Source of the DNA: Anaerolineales bacterium | GTDB lineage: Bacteria; Chloroflexota; Anaerolineae; Anaerolineales; UBA6663 | Length of the DNA stretch: 64,000 bases | Direction of reading: 5' to 3' | Assembly (NCBI GenBank): GCA_034434015.1 | Contig: DAOUAB010000111.1 | Span: forward strand, 2,208 to 66,207 | In this document: positions 1 through 9,243 of the stretch, piece by piece | Numbering within the stretch: position 1 is the stretch's first letter | Layout: every line of letters starts with the position of its first letter | Translations under genes and position numbers: made by a program | Notes under the pieces: generated by a model | What the model was told of the DNA's origin: nothing | The model's database searches: none | What the model saw: the letters and a program-made list of their open reading frames with translations, nothing else

Positions 1-1
1 C

Positions 2-1405
2 CACCTGGAGCTGTACTTCGCCGTGCCGTGCATGGGCGCCGTGCTGCACCCCATCAACCTGCGCCTGCCCGGCGACCAGATCGTGTACATCGCCAACCAC
101 GCCGAGGACCAGGTGCTGTTCATTGATCCAACACTGCTGCCGGCGGTGGAGAAGCTGGCCCCGCACCTGAAGACGGTCAAGCACTTCGTGGTCATGGGCG
201 ATAAGGTCCCTGAAACGACGCTCTCGCCTGTGCACAGCTACGAGGCGCTGCTGCGCGCCGAAAGCCCCGACTACGCCTGGCCGCGCCTGGCCGAGAACAA
301 CGCGGCGGCCATGTGCTACACCTCCGGCACCACCGGCAACCCCAAGGGCGTGGCCTACTCGCACCGCGCCATCTACCTGCATGCCTTCGGCCTGGCCATG
401 GCCGATTCCTTCGGCATGGCCGAGCGCGATGTCTTTATGCCCGTCGTGCCGATGTTCCACGTGCTGGCCTGGGGCACGCCGTTCGTGGCCACCATGCTGG
501 GCGCCAAGCAGGTCTATCCCGGCCCGCACCTGCAACCGCGCGACCTGGCCGAGCTGATCCAGGCGGAGAAGGTCACCCTGACCGCCGGCGTGCCGACCCT
601 CTGGCTCGGCATGCTGGCGCTGCTGGAAAAGGAACGCTACGACCTCTCCAGCCTGCGCGCCATGATCGTGGGCGGGGCCGCCGCGCCGCAGTCCATGATC
701 GAGGCCTACGAGAAGAAGCACCACATCCCGGTCATCCACGCCTGGGGCATGACCGAGATGACGCCGCTCGGCACGGTCAGCCGGTTGAAGAGCTATCAGG
801 AAGCGTTGCCCGAGGCCGAACGCTTCGCCATCCGCGCCAAGCAGGGCACGCCGGCCATGGGTGTGGAGTTGCGCGCCGTGGACGAGCAGGGCAAAGAGGT
901 GCCGTGGGACGGCAAATCGTTCGGGGAACTGCAGGTGCGCGGACCGTGGATCATCCGCGAGTATTACCGCGACGAGCGCTCGCCGCTGTCGTTCATGGAC
1001 GGCTGGTTCCGCACCGGCGACGTGGTCACCATCGACCCGGAAGGCTTCATCCAGATCGTGGACCGCACCAAGGACCTGGTGAAGAGCGGCGGCGAGTGGA
1101 TCTCCACCCAGGAGCTGGAGAACGCCATCATGGGCCATCCGAAGGTGGCCGAGGCCGCCGTCATCGCCGTGGCGCACCCCAAGTGGCAGGAACGCCCGCT
1201 GGCCTGCGTCGTCCCCAAGCCGGATTACAAGGACGCGCTGACCAAGGAAGAGTTGTACGAATTTCTGCGCCCGCGCTTCGACAAGATGTATCTTCCGGAT
1301 GACATCGTCTTCATCGAAGCCGTGCCCAAGACCAGCGTCGGCAAGTTCGACAAGAAGGTGCTGCGCCAGCAGTACAAGGACTACGTCCTGCCCGAGCGCG
1401 TCTGA
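2..1405 (+). CDS. AMP-dependent acyl-CoA synthetase/ligase (fatty-acid--CoA ligase family), 5' end outside window
   Basis: Track ORF 23..1405 stays open to base 2. Adenylate-forming signatures [12 protein letters not shown] and GWFRTGD, plus a C-terminal [10 protein letters not shown] lysine motif. Confidence 0.85.
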   Translation, partial: HLELYFAVPCMGAVLHPINLRLPGDQIVYIANHAEDQVLFIDPTLLPAVEKLAPHLKTVKHFVVMGDKVPETTLSPVHSYEALLRAESPDYAWPRLAENNAAAMCYTSGTTGNPKGVAYSHRAIYLHAFGLAMADSFGMAERDVFMPVVPMFHVLAWGTPFVATMLGAKQVYPGPHLQPRDLAELIQAEKVTLTAGVPTLWLGMLALLEKERYDLSSLRAMIVGGAAAPQSMIEAYEKKHHIPVIHAWGMTEMTPLGTVSRLKSYQEALPEAERFAIRAKQGTPAMGVELRAVDEQGKEVPWDGKSFGELQVRGPWIIREYYRDERSPLSFMDGWFRTGDVVTIDPEGFIQIVDRTKDLVKSGGEWISTQELENAIMGHPKVAEAAVIAVAHPKWQERPLACVVPKPDYKDALTKEELYEFLRPRFDKMYLPDDIVFIEAVPKTSVGKFDKKVLRQQYKDYVLPERV

Positions 1406-1441
1406 CAGCGGGCCGAGAAGCGGAGAAGCGGATGAGAACGG

Positions 1442-1885
1442 ATGGCCGGTCCGTTTCCATCCGCTTCTCCTTGCGCCGCAGGCCGTCCACTGTCGGCTCT
1501 TGCCAGCCGGGGACGCGGGCAGTATCCTTCCCCTGTGCCCGTCCATTCCCCGATCCCCTGCCCGCATTGCGGTTCCACGTCCACGCTGCCGTTGCCCGGC
1601 ATGGTGGACAAGGTCGGCTCGGTCTTCGGGCTGGCTTTTGGCAAAGCCCGCCAGCGCCTCGACTTTTCCAACGCGGACCTGCTGCGGCAGTTTCACGCCG
1701 GCGCCATCGACGCGGTCTGCACCGCCTGCCGGCGCCGGTTCAACCGCCGGACGCGTCCGCCGCAGGTGGAGGCCCCTCGCCCGGCCCTGGAGCGCCTGAA
1801 GGAACTGGAGGCGCTGCGCGCCGAGGGCCTGGTCAGCGACGACGAGTATCAGCGCAAACGGGACGAGATCCTGCGCGCCTTGTGA
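1442..1885 (+). CDS. Small protein with CxxC...CxxC zinc-ribbon-like N-half and C-terminal SHOCT-like helix
   Basis: CPHCGS and CTACRRRF cysteine pairs. The C-terminus LKELEALRAEGLVSDDEYQRKRDEILRAL matches the SHOCT short oligomerisation motif. The stop lies 8 nt before the next gene. Confidence 0.5.
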   Translation: MAGPFPSASPCAAGRPLSALASRGRGQYPSPVPVHSPIPCPHCGSTSTLPLPGMVDKVGSVFGLAFGKARQRLDFSNADLLRQFHAGAIDAVCTACRRRFNRRTRPPQVEAPRPALERLKELEALRAEGLVSDDEYQRKRDEILRAL

Positions 1886-1893
1886 GTCCCGTT

Positions 1894-2379
1894 ATGCTGA
1901 CTTTCCTCAAGTCGCTGGCTTTCCTCATCCTGGTCCCCGGCCTTGTCGTGATCTACGCGCCGGTCCGGATCGCGCTGGCGTCGGAGGCGGCGCCCGCCCT
2001 GCCGTGGTTGCGCTGGGCGGCCTGGCCGTTCTGGCTGGCCGGCGCCGCCGGCATCGTCTGGTGCGTCTGGGATTTCACTTTTGCCGGCCGCGGCACGCCG
2101 CTCCCGCTGGATCCGCCCCGCGAGCTGGTGGTGCGCGGGCTGTATCGATATGCGCGCAACCCGATGTACACCAGCGCCGTACTGATCCTGGGCGGGCACG
2201 TCGTCTGGTTTCAGGCGCCGTGGCTGCTGTTCTACACCGCCGGGGTGGGCCTGGCTTTCGCCGGGTTCGTCGTGTGGTACGAAGAGCCGCATCTGCGGCG
2301 GACCTTCGGCGAGGCTTACGAGCGTTACTGCCGGTCCGTCCCGCGCTGGCTCCCGCGTCTGAGGCCGCCCGCCTCCTGA
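1894..2379 (+). CDS. Isoprenylcysteine carboxyl methyltransferase (ICMT)/PEMT-family membrane methyltransferase
   Basis: Internal ATG of track ORF 1432..2379. Hydrophobic N-terminus MLTFLKSLAFLILVPGL. C-terminal GLYRYARNPMYTS...WYEEPHLRRTFGEAYERY is typical of the ICMT/PEMT family. Confidence 0.65.
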   Translation: MLTFLKSLAFLILVPGLVVIYAPVRIALASEAAPALPWLRWAAWPFWLAGAAGIVWCVWDFTFAGRGTPLPLDPPRELVVRGLYRYARNPMYTSAVLILGGHVVWFQAPWLLFYTAGVGLAFAGFVVWYEEPHLRRTFGEAYERYCRSVPRWLPRLRPPAS

Positions 2380-2396
2380 TCGGCTATCATTCGGCT

Positions 2397-3668
2397 ATGC
2401 CCGCCATCGACGACCTGCTCAAAGAATTCCCGCAAGACTCCCGGGACACGCTTAAGAAGGCCTGGGGCGCACTGCCCGAGTCCATGCAAAAGGAGCTGGA
2501 AGGCTCGCTCAAGTATCTGCCCGGCGACCTGGCGCGCTGGAAGATGCTCATGGACCTGGCGCTGCCGAACTTCAAGATCGCGTTTGCCGAGAAGCATTTC
2601 ATCGCCATCGTCGGCCCGGCCAACGTGGGCAAGTCCACGCTCTACAACCAGTTGATCCGGCGCAAGGAGGACCGGGCCGCCGTCAGCCCGGTGCCGGGCA
2701 CCACGCGCGTCAACCAGCAGGCGGACGCCGGCCTGTTCCGGCTGGCGGACACGCCCGGCGCAGACGCGGTGGGCGAGGTCGGGCAGCAGGAGAAGGAGCA
2801 CGCCCTGGCCGCCGCCCGCGCCGCGGACTTCTTGGTGGTCGTCTTCGACGCCCTGCAGGGCATCAAGCGCACCGAGCAGGAGCTGTTCGACGAGCTGAAC
2901 GGCTTGGGCAAGCCGTCGGTGGTGGTGCTCAACAAGATGGACCTGCTCAGTCGCAAGGACGTGGACCCGGTGCTGGAGCGCACGGCCGCCAACCTGCGCC
3001 TGCAGCGCGCTCAGATCGTGCCGGTCTCGGCCAAGTCCGGCCAGAACCTGGACGACCTGCTGATCGCCATCGCCAAAGCCGAGCCGGGCCTGCTGAGCGC
3101 GCTGGGCCGCGCGCTGCCGGCTTACCGCTGGCGCCTGGCCTGGACGGCGATCACGGGCGCGGCCACCACCGCCGCCGCCATCGCCCTCACACCGCTGCCG
3201 GTCGTGGACGTCATCCCGCTGCTGGCCGTGCAATCATCGCTGGTGCTGGGCATCGCGCGGATTTACAGCTATGACCTGACGCCGGCCCGGGCGCGCGAGC
3301 TGGCGGTGACGTTCGGCCTGGGTTTCCTGGGCCGCACGCTGTTCCAGGAGCTGAGCAAGCTGGGCGGGCCGCCCGGCTGGCTGCTCTCGGCCGCCATCGC
3401 CTCGTCCACCACCGTCGTCATGGGCTACGCCGCCATCGTCTGGTTCGAGCGCGGCGAGAAGCTGACCGGCGAGTCGCTGGCCGGGCTGACGAAGGCCCTC
3501 ACCGGCACGCTGATCAACGCCCTCAAGGGCCTGGGCAGCCGCAAACCGGAGAAGGCCAGCCTGGAGCAGCGCCTGCGCGAGACGCTGGAGAGTTCGCCGC
3601 TGGCCCACAGCCGGGACGCGCTGGACCAGGCGGCCTCGGCCGGGGACAGCGGGACCCCGGCGCCATAG
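2397..3668 (+). CDS. GTP-binding protein with C-terminal DUF697-type membrane domain
   Basis: Internal ATG of ORF 2004..3668. P-loop GPANVGKST, DTPG and NKMD GTPase motifs, followed by hydrophobic helices (ITGAATTAAAIALTPLPVVDVIPLLAVQ...). Confidence 0.75.
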   Translation: MPAIDDLLKEFPQDSRDTLKKAWGALPESMQKELEGSLKYLPGDLARWKMLMDLALPNFKIAFAEKHFIAIVGPANVGKSTLYNQLIRRKEDRAAVSPVPGTTRVNQQADAGLFRLADTPGADAVGEVGQQEKEHALAAARAADFLVVVFDALQGIKRTEQELFDELNGLGKPSVVVLNKMDLLSRKDVDPVLERTAANLRLQRAQIVPVSAKSGQNLDDLLIAIAKAEPGLLSALGRALPAYRWRLAWTAITGAATTAAAIALTPLPVVDVIPLLAVQSSLVLGIARIYSYDLTPARARELAVTFGLGFLGRTLFQELSKLGGPPGWLLSAAIASSTTVVMGYAAIVWFERGEKLTGESLAGLTKALTGTLINALKGLGSRKPEKASLEQRLRETLESSPLAHSRDALDQAASAGDSGTPAP

Positions 3669-3757
3669 CTTGAGCCGGGCGGTCCAATCACCTCGCGGCC
3701 CGGGGTCGAGCGACCCTCCGCCCACGCGATTACCCGACCCTCTGACCACAGGACGCC

Positions 3758-4561
3758 ATGCTTACTCAATTGTTCCCCCGATCCAAACCCGTCATCGCCA
3801 TGATCCACGTCGCCGCGCTGCCCGGCACGCCGGCGAGCGCGCTCAGCGTGCGTGCGATTGTGGACTCAGCCGTCGCTGAGGCGCGCCTGTACCGGGCCGG
3901 CGGCGTGGACGGGATCGCCATCGAGAACATGCACGACCTGCCGTACCTGCGCGGGCGCGTCGGCCCGGAGATTGTGGCGGCCATGGCGCTGGTCGGGCAG
4001 GCGGTGAAAGCCGAGTTCGGCGGGCCGGTGGGGATCCAGATCCTGGCGGGCGCCAACCTGGAGGCGCTGGCGGTCGCCCACAGCGCGGGCCTGGACTTCA
4101 TCCGCGCCGAGGGCTTCGTCTTCGCGCACGTGGCCGACGAGGGCTTTATCCAGTCGTCGGCGGCGGAACTGCTGCGCTACCGCCGGATGATCGGCGCGGA
4201 CAGGGTGCAGGTCTGGGCGGACGTGAAGAAGAAGCACTCGGCCCACGCCATCACGGCCGATATCGGCCTGGGGCTGACAGCCGAGACGGTGGAGTTCATG
4301 CGCGGCGACGCCGTGATCATCACCGGCAGCGTCACCGGCGACCCGCCGCGGATCGAGGACGTGCGCGAGGCCAGGGCCCATTGCCGTCTGCCGGTGGTGC
4401 TCGGCTCCGGCGTCACCCCGGAGAACCTGGCGGCCTTCTACCCGGAAGCCGATGGTTTCATCGTCGGCTCGTATTTCAAAGTGGACGGTTACTGGGCCAA
4501 CACGGTTGATCCGGGCCGCGTGGCGGCGTTTGTGGAGGCGGCGGCGACATTGCGCGGCTGA
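3758..4561 (+). CDS. BtpA/SgcQ-family (TIM-barrel) protein
   Basis: N-terminal KPVIAMIHVAALPGTP, IENMHDLPY and GSGVTPEN motifs characteristic of the BtpA family. Confidence 0.75.
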   Translation: MLTQLFPRSKPVIAMIHVAALPGTPASALSVRAIVDSAVAEARLYRAGGVDGIAIENMHDLPYLRGRVGPEIVAAMALVGQAVKAEFGGPVGIQILAGANLEALAVAHSAGLDFIRAEGFVFAHVADEGFIQSSAAELLRYRRMIGADRVQVWADVKKKHSAHAITADIGLGLTAETVEFMRGDAVIITGSVTGDPPRIEDVREARAHCRLPVVLGSGVTPENLAAFYPEADGFIVGSYFKVDGYWANTVDPGRVAAFVEAAATLRG

Positions 4562-4598
4562 CTTCCGGCCGGGTCCGCCCGACGCGCTCAGGCGGCTG

Positions 4599-4661
4599 CC
4601 GAGACGCCGGGACAGGGGGAAACTCTCCGCGGCGGCGCGTCTCGGCGGTTCGCGTTTTTTT
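4599..4661 (+). terminator. Possible intrinsic terminator after btpA-like gene
   Basis: Inverted repeat CCGAGACGC...GCGTCTCGG followed 9 nt later by T7. The spacing is non-canonical. Confidence 0.35.
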
Positions 4662-5509
4662 CAGGCCCCGACGGCCACGGGGCGGGCCGGGTCGCGGCAC
4701 CATTCGCTCCACGACCCCACATAGACGCGCGCGCCGGGCAGGCCCGCGATCTCCAGCGCCAGGAGGTTGTGGGCGGCGGCGACGCCGGAGCCGCAGTAGG
4801 CGACCACGTTCTCCGGCGGCGCGCCGCCCAGCAGGTCCAGGAAACGGGCGCGCAGAGCCTCCGGCGCCAGGAAGGTCCCGTCCGGGTTGACGTTCAGGGC
4901 GTTGTAGTGATTGACGGCGCCCGGGATATGACCGGCGACCGGATCGATCGGCTCGGCCTCGCCCCGGTAACGCTCCGGCGCGCGCGCATCCACCAGCCGG
5001 TAAGCCGGGTCCTGGCGCAGGCGGTCGACGTCGGCGGCGGTCACGACCAGTTGCGGCTGAAGCCTGCCGCTGAACGCGCGCGGCGCGCGCGCCTCGACCC
5101 CGGCCCGCGTCGGCCGCCCCTCCGCCGTCCATTTGGCGAGGCCGCCGTCCAGCACCGCGACGGCCGGGTGCCCCACCCAGCGCAGCAGCCACCACAGCCG
5201 GCTGGCCCACATCCCGTTGGCCTGGTCGTAGGCCGCCACCTGCACGCCCGGGCCGATGCCCCAGGCGCCCAGACGCTCCATGAAGACCTCCGGGTCCGGG
5301 AGCGGGTGGCGGCCGTTGCGCCCGGTCTTGGGGCCGGAGAGGTCGCGGTCCAGGTGGGCGTACACGGCGCCGGGCAGGTGCGCGTCGGCGTAGGCGCGCT
5401 CGCCCCAGGCGGCGTCGTTCAGGTCGAAGCGGCAGTCCACGATGGCCCAGTCCGGGTCGTCCAGATGGGCGGCGAGGTCGGCCGTGGAAAGCAGGGTTGT
5501 GAACGGCAT
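4661..5509 (-). CDS. sseA: 3-mercaptopyruvate/thiosulfate sulfurtransferase (tandem rhodanese domains)
   Basis: Start taken at MPFTTLL (ATG at 5509); the track ORF extension runs through the tRNA. Active-site loop YCGSGVAAAH. Two rhodanese repeats. Confidence 0.85.
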   Translation of the reverse strand: MPFTTLLSTADLAAHLDDPDWAIVDCRFDLNDAAWGERAYADAHLPGAVYAHLDRDLSGPKTGRNGRHPLPDPEVFMERLGAWGIGPGVQVAAYDQANGMWASRLWWLLRWVGHPAVAVLDGGLAKWTAEGRPTRAGVEARAPRAFSGRLQPQLVVTAADVDRLRQDPAYRLVDARAPERYRGEAEPIDPVAGHIPGAVNHYNALNVNPDGTFLAPEALRARFLDLLGGAPPENVVAYCGSGVAAAHNLLALEIAGLPGARVYVGSWSEWCRDPARPVAVGA

Positions 5510-5571
5510 GGTCTTTAAACCCGGGAGAACGTCGAGTTCACTGAGAATGCTCCTCTGCGCTCTCCGCGGTG

Positions 5572-5602
5572 AAAAAGAAAGGGCGCTGCGGGGGACAGCG
5601 CC
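5572..5602 (-). terminator. Intrinsic terminator downstream of tRNA-Ser
   Basis: Minus-strand hairpin GGCGCTG-loop-CAGCGCC followed by CTTTCTTTTT. Confidence 0.55.
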
Positions 5603-5610
5603 GTGTTCAG

Positions 5611-5698
5611 CGGAGAGGGTGGGATTCGAACCCACGGTGGCCCAAGGGACCACAACGGTTTTCGAGACCGCCCCATTCGTCCACTCTGGCACCTCTCC
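5611..5698 (-). tRNA. tRNA-Ser (anticodon CGA), type II with long variable arm
   Basis: The reverse complement folds as a cloverleaf. Acceptor GGAGAGG/CCTCTCC plus discriminator G. Anticodon loop CTCGAAA. Variable arm present. T-arm GTGGGTTCGAATCCCAC. CCA is not encoded. Confidence 0.9.
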
Positions 5699-5705
5699 GG
5701 TACAG

Positions 5706-5711
5706 ATTATA
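5706..5711 (-). promoter_or_regulatory. Candidate -10 box (TATAAT) for the tRNA-Ser gene
   Basis: Minus-strand TATAAT lies about 7 nt upstream of the tRNA 5' end. The -35 is poor. Confidence 0.4.
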
Positions 5712-5809
5712 GCAGACGACCGATCACTGATGACAGACTGCGGTCGGCAGGCCGGCTGAGGTCAGGGCCAAACGCCGCCGACCTGTGTTCTGGGCTCGGT
5801 TGTCTGCCG

Positions 5810-7204
5810 TCAGACTTCGACCGTCTCGTGCAGCTCCGGGGCGTGGACGCCGCGCAGGCCCTCGGCCTCCAGCGCCGCCTGGAGGGCCGCCGACGACTCG
5901 GGCTCGCCGTGGACGAGGAAGACGCTCTTCACGCGCGGTTTGAGGGCGGCGGCCCACCGGATCAACAGGTCGCGCCCGGCGTGGCCGGAGAGGCCGTTGA
6001 TGGTGGCCACCTGGGCGCGCAGCTTGTGCCACTCGCCGAAGATTTTGACCTCCGGCTCGCGGTCGGCCAGGCGGCGGCCGAGGGTGTGCGGAGCCTGCCA
6101 GGAGACGATCAGGATGGTGTTGCGCGGGTCGCCGATATTGTTGCGCAGGTGGTGCAGGATGCGGCCGTTCTCGCACATGCCCGAGGCGCTGATGACCACC
6201 AGCGGGCCCGGGCGGTCGTTGATGGCCTTGCTCTCCTCCACCGAGCGCGTGTAGGTCAGCGACCGGAAGCCGAAGGCGTCGCCGTTCTGCTGCAACAGGG
6301 CGCGGGTCTCCTCGTCGAACAACTCGGCGTGCTGCTGGAAGACCTGCGACGCGTTCACGGCCAGCGGGCTGTCGACGAAGACCGGGATGGGCGGGATCAG
6401 GCGCTTGTCGATCATCTTGTGCAGCTCAAAGACGATCTCCTGCGAGCGGCCCACGGCGAAGGCCGGGACGATGATCTTGCCGTTGCGCGCCACCGTCGCC
6501 TGGACCAGCTCGCGGAACTCCTGGGCGGCCTCTTCGGGCGGGCGGTGCGTCTTGGTGCCGTAAGTCGACTCCATGATGACGTGGTCGACGTCGGACAGGA
6601 AAACGGGGTCGCGCAGGATGGGCAGGCCCGGGCGGCCGATGTCGCCCGAGAACGCCAGGCGGAAGCGGCGGCCTCTCTCCTCGATGTCCAGCACGACCAT
6701 GGCTGAGCCCAGGATGTGGCCGGCTTCGCGGAAGGTGGCGGTCACGCCGGGCAGGGCCTCGAAGGCCCGGTCCAGGGGGTGGGGGCGGAAAAGCTCCAGG
6801 GCGGCGGCGGCGTCCTCTTCGGTGTAAAGGGCTTCGGCCCGGGCCGGCTCGCCGCGCTCGCGCGCCCGCTTGTTGGCGAACTCCACGTCCGACGCCTGAA
6901 TGCGCGCCGAGTCGCGCAGCATGTGCTCGCACAGATCGCGGGTGGCGGGCGTGGCGTAGATCGGGCCGCGATACCCGGCCCTGGCCAGCGACGGCAGGTT
7001 GCCGGAATGGTCGATATGCGCGTGCGAGAGGATCACGGCGTCCAGGCGGCGCGCGTCAAACGGCAGTTCGCGGTTGCGGGTGAGGGCTTCCGACCGTTTG
7101 CCCTGGTACAGGCCGCAGTCCAGCAGCAGCCGGCGGCCGTTGAGCGTGAGCAGGTGCTGAGAGCCGGTGACGGTCTGGGCGGCGCCGTGGAAAGTGATGT
7201 TCAT
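5810..7204 (-). CDS. MBL-fold beta-CASP family ribonuclease/hydrolase
   Basis: Start at MNITFHGAAQTVTGS. Metallo-beta-lactamase motif HAHIDHSG. Length and C-terminal region fit beta-CASP RNA-metabolising enzymes. Confidence 0.8.
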   Translation of the reverse strand: MNITFHGAAQTVTGSQHLLTLNGRRLLLDCGLYQGKRSEALTRNRELPFDARRLDAVILSHAHIDHSGNLPSLARAGYRGPIYATPATRDLCEHMLRDSARIQASDVEFANKRARERGEPARAEALYTEEDAAAALELFRPHPLDRAFEALPGVTATFREAGHILGSAMVVLDIEERGRRFRLAFSGDIGRPGLPILRDPVFLSDVDHVIMESTYGTKTHRPPEEAAQEFRELVQATVARNGKIIVPAFAVGRSQEIVFELHKMIDKRLIPPIPVFVDSPLAVNASQVFQQHAELFDEETRALLQQNGDAFGFRSLTYTRSVEESKAINDRPGPLVVISASGMCENGRILHHLRNNIGDPRNTILIVSWQAPHTLGRRLADREPEVKIFGEWHKLRAQVATINGLSGHAGRDLLIRWAAALKPRVKSVFLVHGEPESSAALQAALEAEGLRGVHAPELHETVEV

Positions 7205-8361
7205 GAGGGACCTCGCGAGCCGTTCAGCAGGCCGAGCAGTTCGTCCTGGTATTGCGTGCGCCGCCAGGGCCCGAGGTGCTCCAGGCGTTTCAGGTCGTCC
7301 GGCGTGCGTGGGGCGCGGCGGGCCAGTTCCCATAACGCCTCGCGCGGCAGGATCACGTCGGACTCCACGCCCCGGTCCTGGGCCTTGCGCTTGCGCCAGG
7401 CGCGCAGCCGCTCGTAGCGGTCGCGGACGGCGTCGGATTCCAGCGCGGGCCTGGGCGGGTGGGCGGGGGGGCCGGCCAGCCCGCGGCGCACGGCCGCCAG
7501 CACGGCGCTGCCGTGGCGCCTGATCTGGCCGTCGGTCATCCCGACGATGGATTTCAGTTCGTGCAGGTCCCTGGGCATCCGCGCCGCCAGTTCGAGCAGG
7601 GTGGCGTCGCCCATGATCTTGAACGGCGGCACATCGGCGCGCTGGGCCTGGGCGTCGCGGTAGGCGAACAACTCGCGCAGGACGCCGGCCTGTTGCGGCG
7701 TCAGGTCGCGCACGCCGGCGATGCGCCAGAAGGCCTCCGGGTCCGGCGTGTTGGCGGGCGGCCGGAGGCGCGTCAGCCGCTCGAACTCCTCGCGCGCCTC
7801 TTCGACGCGGCCCGCCGCCTGCAGTTCCCGGCTGACCAGGTCGCGCAGGGCGAACAGGTAGTGCGTGTCCAGTCGGGCGTAATCCAGCAGTTCGGGCGTC
7901 AGCGGGCGCTTGCCCCAGTTGGCGCGCTGGTGCTTCTTGTTCATCTTGACGCCGAAATGGGCCTCGAGCAGGGGCGCCAGCCCGGTCTGCGGCCAGCCGA
8001 GCGTGCGCGCGGCGACCATCGTGTCGAAGACGTTGGCGAACTCGAAGCCGAAATCGCGGCGCAGGCCGAGCAGGTCGTACTCGGCGGCGTGGAAGATCTT
8101 CTGCTGGGCGGGGTCCGCGAACCGCGCCGCCAGCGGGCGCAGGTCGGCGATCCGCAGGGGGTCGACGATGATGTCCGCGTCGGGCGTGGAGAACTGGATC
8201 AGACAGACGCGCTCGCGGTAAACGAACAGGCTGTTGGACTCGGTATCGACGGCCAGGGCCGGCGCCTGCGCCAGGTCGGCCGCGAGCTGCTCCAGGGCCG
8301 GGCCGGTCTCCACAAGACGCGGTGGGGGGAGGGAGGCTGCCGGCGTGAGGTGGGCTGTCAT
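7201..8361 (-). CDS. rnd: Ribonuclease D-like 3'-5' exonuclease with HRDC domain
   Basis: Start at MTAHL (8361). DEDD exonuclease motifs ALAVDTESNS and HAAEYDL. C-terminal HRDC-like region. The stop overlaps the downstream start (ATGA). Confidence 0.8.
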   Translation of the reverse strand: MTAHLTPAASLPPPRLVETGPALEQLAADLAQAPALAVDTESNSLFVYRERVCLIQFSTPDADIIVDPLRIADLRPLAARFADPAQQKIFHAAEYDLLGLRRDFGFEFANVFDTMVAARTLGWPQTGLAPLLEAHFGVKMNKKHQRANWGKRPLTPELLDYARLDTHYLFALRDLVSRELQAAGRVEEAREEFERLTRLRPPANTPDPEAFWRIAGVRDLTPQQAGVLRELFAYRDAQAQRADVPPFKIMGDATLLELAARMPRDLHELKSIVGMTDGQIRRHGSAVLAAVRRGLAGPPAHPPRPALESDAVRDRYERLRAWRKRKAQDRGVESDVILPREALWELARRAPRTPDDLKRLEHLGPWRRTQYQDELLGLLNGSRGPS

Positions 8362-8474
8362 CAGGCTTCCATTATCCGTGAGACTGCGCCGGTCTCCAAG
8401 GGGCGCCGCGCTGACCGTTTGATTGACGCGGATTGGCGATTGTGATAAATTGGACACGCTCGCCGGCCGGAGAG

Positions 8475-8500
8475 ATGCATAGTGTCTATGCATTTTTTTT
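8475..8500 (+). promoter_or_regulatory. Perfect palindrome ATGCATAG-TGT-CTATGCAT followed by T8 (operator or attenuator candidate)
   Basis: Read directly in the divergent rnd / Rieske intergenic region. Preceded by TTGACG-17 nt-TAAATT. Confidence 0.4.
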
Positions 8501-8581
8501 ATCAAAGGGCGTCCCCCACGCTATGATAAAATCCCTCCCGCAAGCGCCCTAACTTCATGGACTTAGGAGGCTTCAATCGAT

Positions 8582-9217
8582 ATGGCTGCTGAGGCCACCA
8601 CCACGACGGCCGTGTCGCCGATGACGCGGCGGGAATTTTTGTATTACATCTGGGCCGCTTCGATGGTCCTGTTCGCGGGACAGGCCGGGGCGGCTTTGCT
8701 CTGGTTTGCGTATCCGCGCTTCAAGGCCGGCACCTTCGGCGGCATCTTTGAGCTGGATATCAGCGAGCTGCCGGCGCCGGACAGCCCGCCGCGCCCGTTC
8801 GCGGGCGGGCGTTTCTGGCTGGTGAACATCGGCGACGGCATCGCCAACGACCCGCGCCAGCCGGCCAAGTGGCGGCCGGCGAAGGGCGTCCGGGCGCTGT
8901 ACATGATCTGCGTCCATCTGGGCTGTCTGTACGCCTGGGTGCCCACCAACAACCGCTTCGAGTGCCCGTGCCACGGCTCCAAATACCTGTCCAGCGGCAC
9001 AGCTATCGCCGGCCCGGCCAACCGCAACCTGGACGTCTTCAGCATCCAGGCCGTGGACGACGCCGGCAACGTGGTGGATGAAGTCAACCGGCAGACGGAG
9101 ACCGTCAACGGCGAAGCCCGTTCCCTGAGGATCGAAGGCGCCGCCCGGCTGCGCGTGGACACCGGACAGCGCATCAACGGCGCCGGCAACCCCACCCCGC
9201 GCGAAGCGAACGCCTAG
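8582..9217 (+). CDS. Rieske [2Fe-2S] subunit of a cytochrome bc/b6f-type complex
   Basis: Rieske boxes CVHLGC and CPCHGS. N-terminal Tat-like MTRREFLYY plus a TM helix. Confidence 0.85.
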   Translation: MAAEATTTTAVSPMTRREFLYYIWAASMVLFAGQAGAALLWFAYPRFKAGTFGGIFELDISELPAPDSPPRPFAGGRFWLVNIGDGIANDPRQPAKWRPAKGVRALYMICVHLGCLYAWVPTNNRFECPCHGSKYLSSGTAIAGPANRNLDVFSIQAVDDAGNVVDEVNRQTETVNGEARSLRIEGAARLRVDTGQRINGAGNPTPREANA

Positions 9218-9243
9218 CCCCAGGGCTTGTTTGAGGAGGAGTC

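Noticed and set aside
2004-3668. N-terminally extended versions of track ORFs that look like larger or fused proteins (for example 2004..3668, 1432..2379, 22845..25088, 37018..38793, 33675..35237, 13475..15727, 27978..28763)
   Set aside because: The extensions overlap the preceding gene in another frame and have Arg/Pro-rich composition. Internal starts give canonical N-termini (signal peptides, P-loops), often with ATGA/GTGA coupling to the upstream stop.
5611-5698. Possibility that the tRNA is tRNA-Sec (given selA in the window), or that it marks an integrated element
   Set aside because: The anticodon loop reads CTCGAAA (CGA, serine), not UCA. The acceptor and T-arm lengths are standard type II Ser. 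I saw no integrase, no duplicated tRNA 3' end and no compositional shift next to it.
7195-7265. Apparent 1-nt disagreement between my hand count of the printed sequence and the ORF-track frames around 7201..7261, which could suggest a frameshift
   Set aside because: Track coordinates are self-consistent at both ends of both genes, and hand counts agree with the track everywhere else I checked. This is most likely my own misreading of a C-run, so I used the track coordinates.
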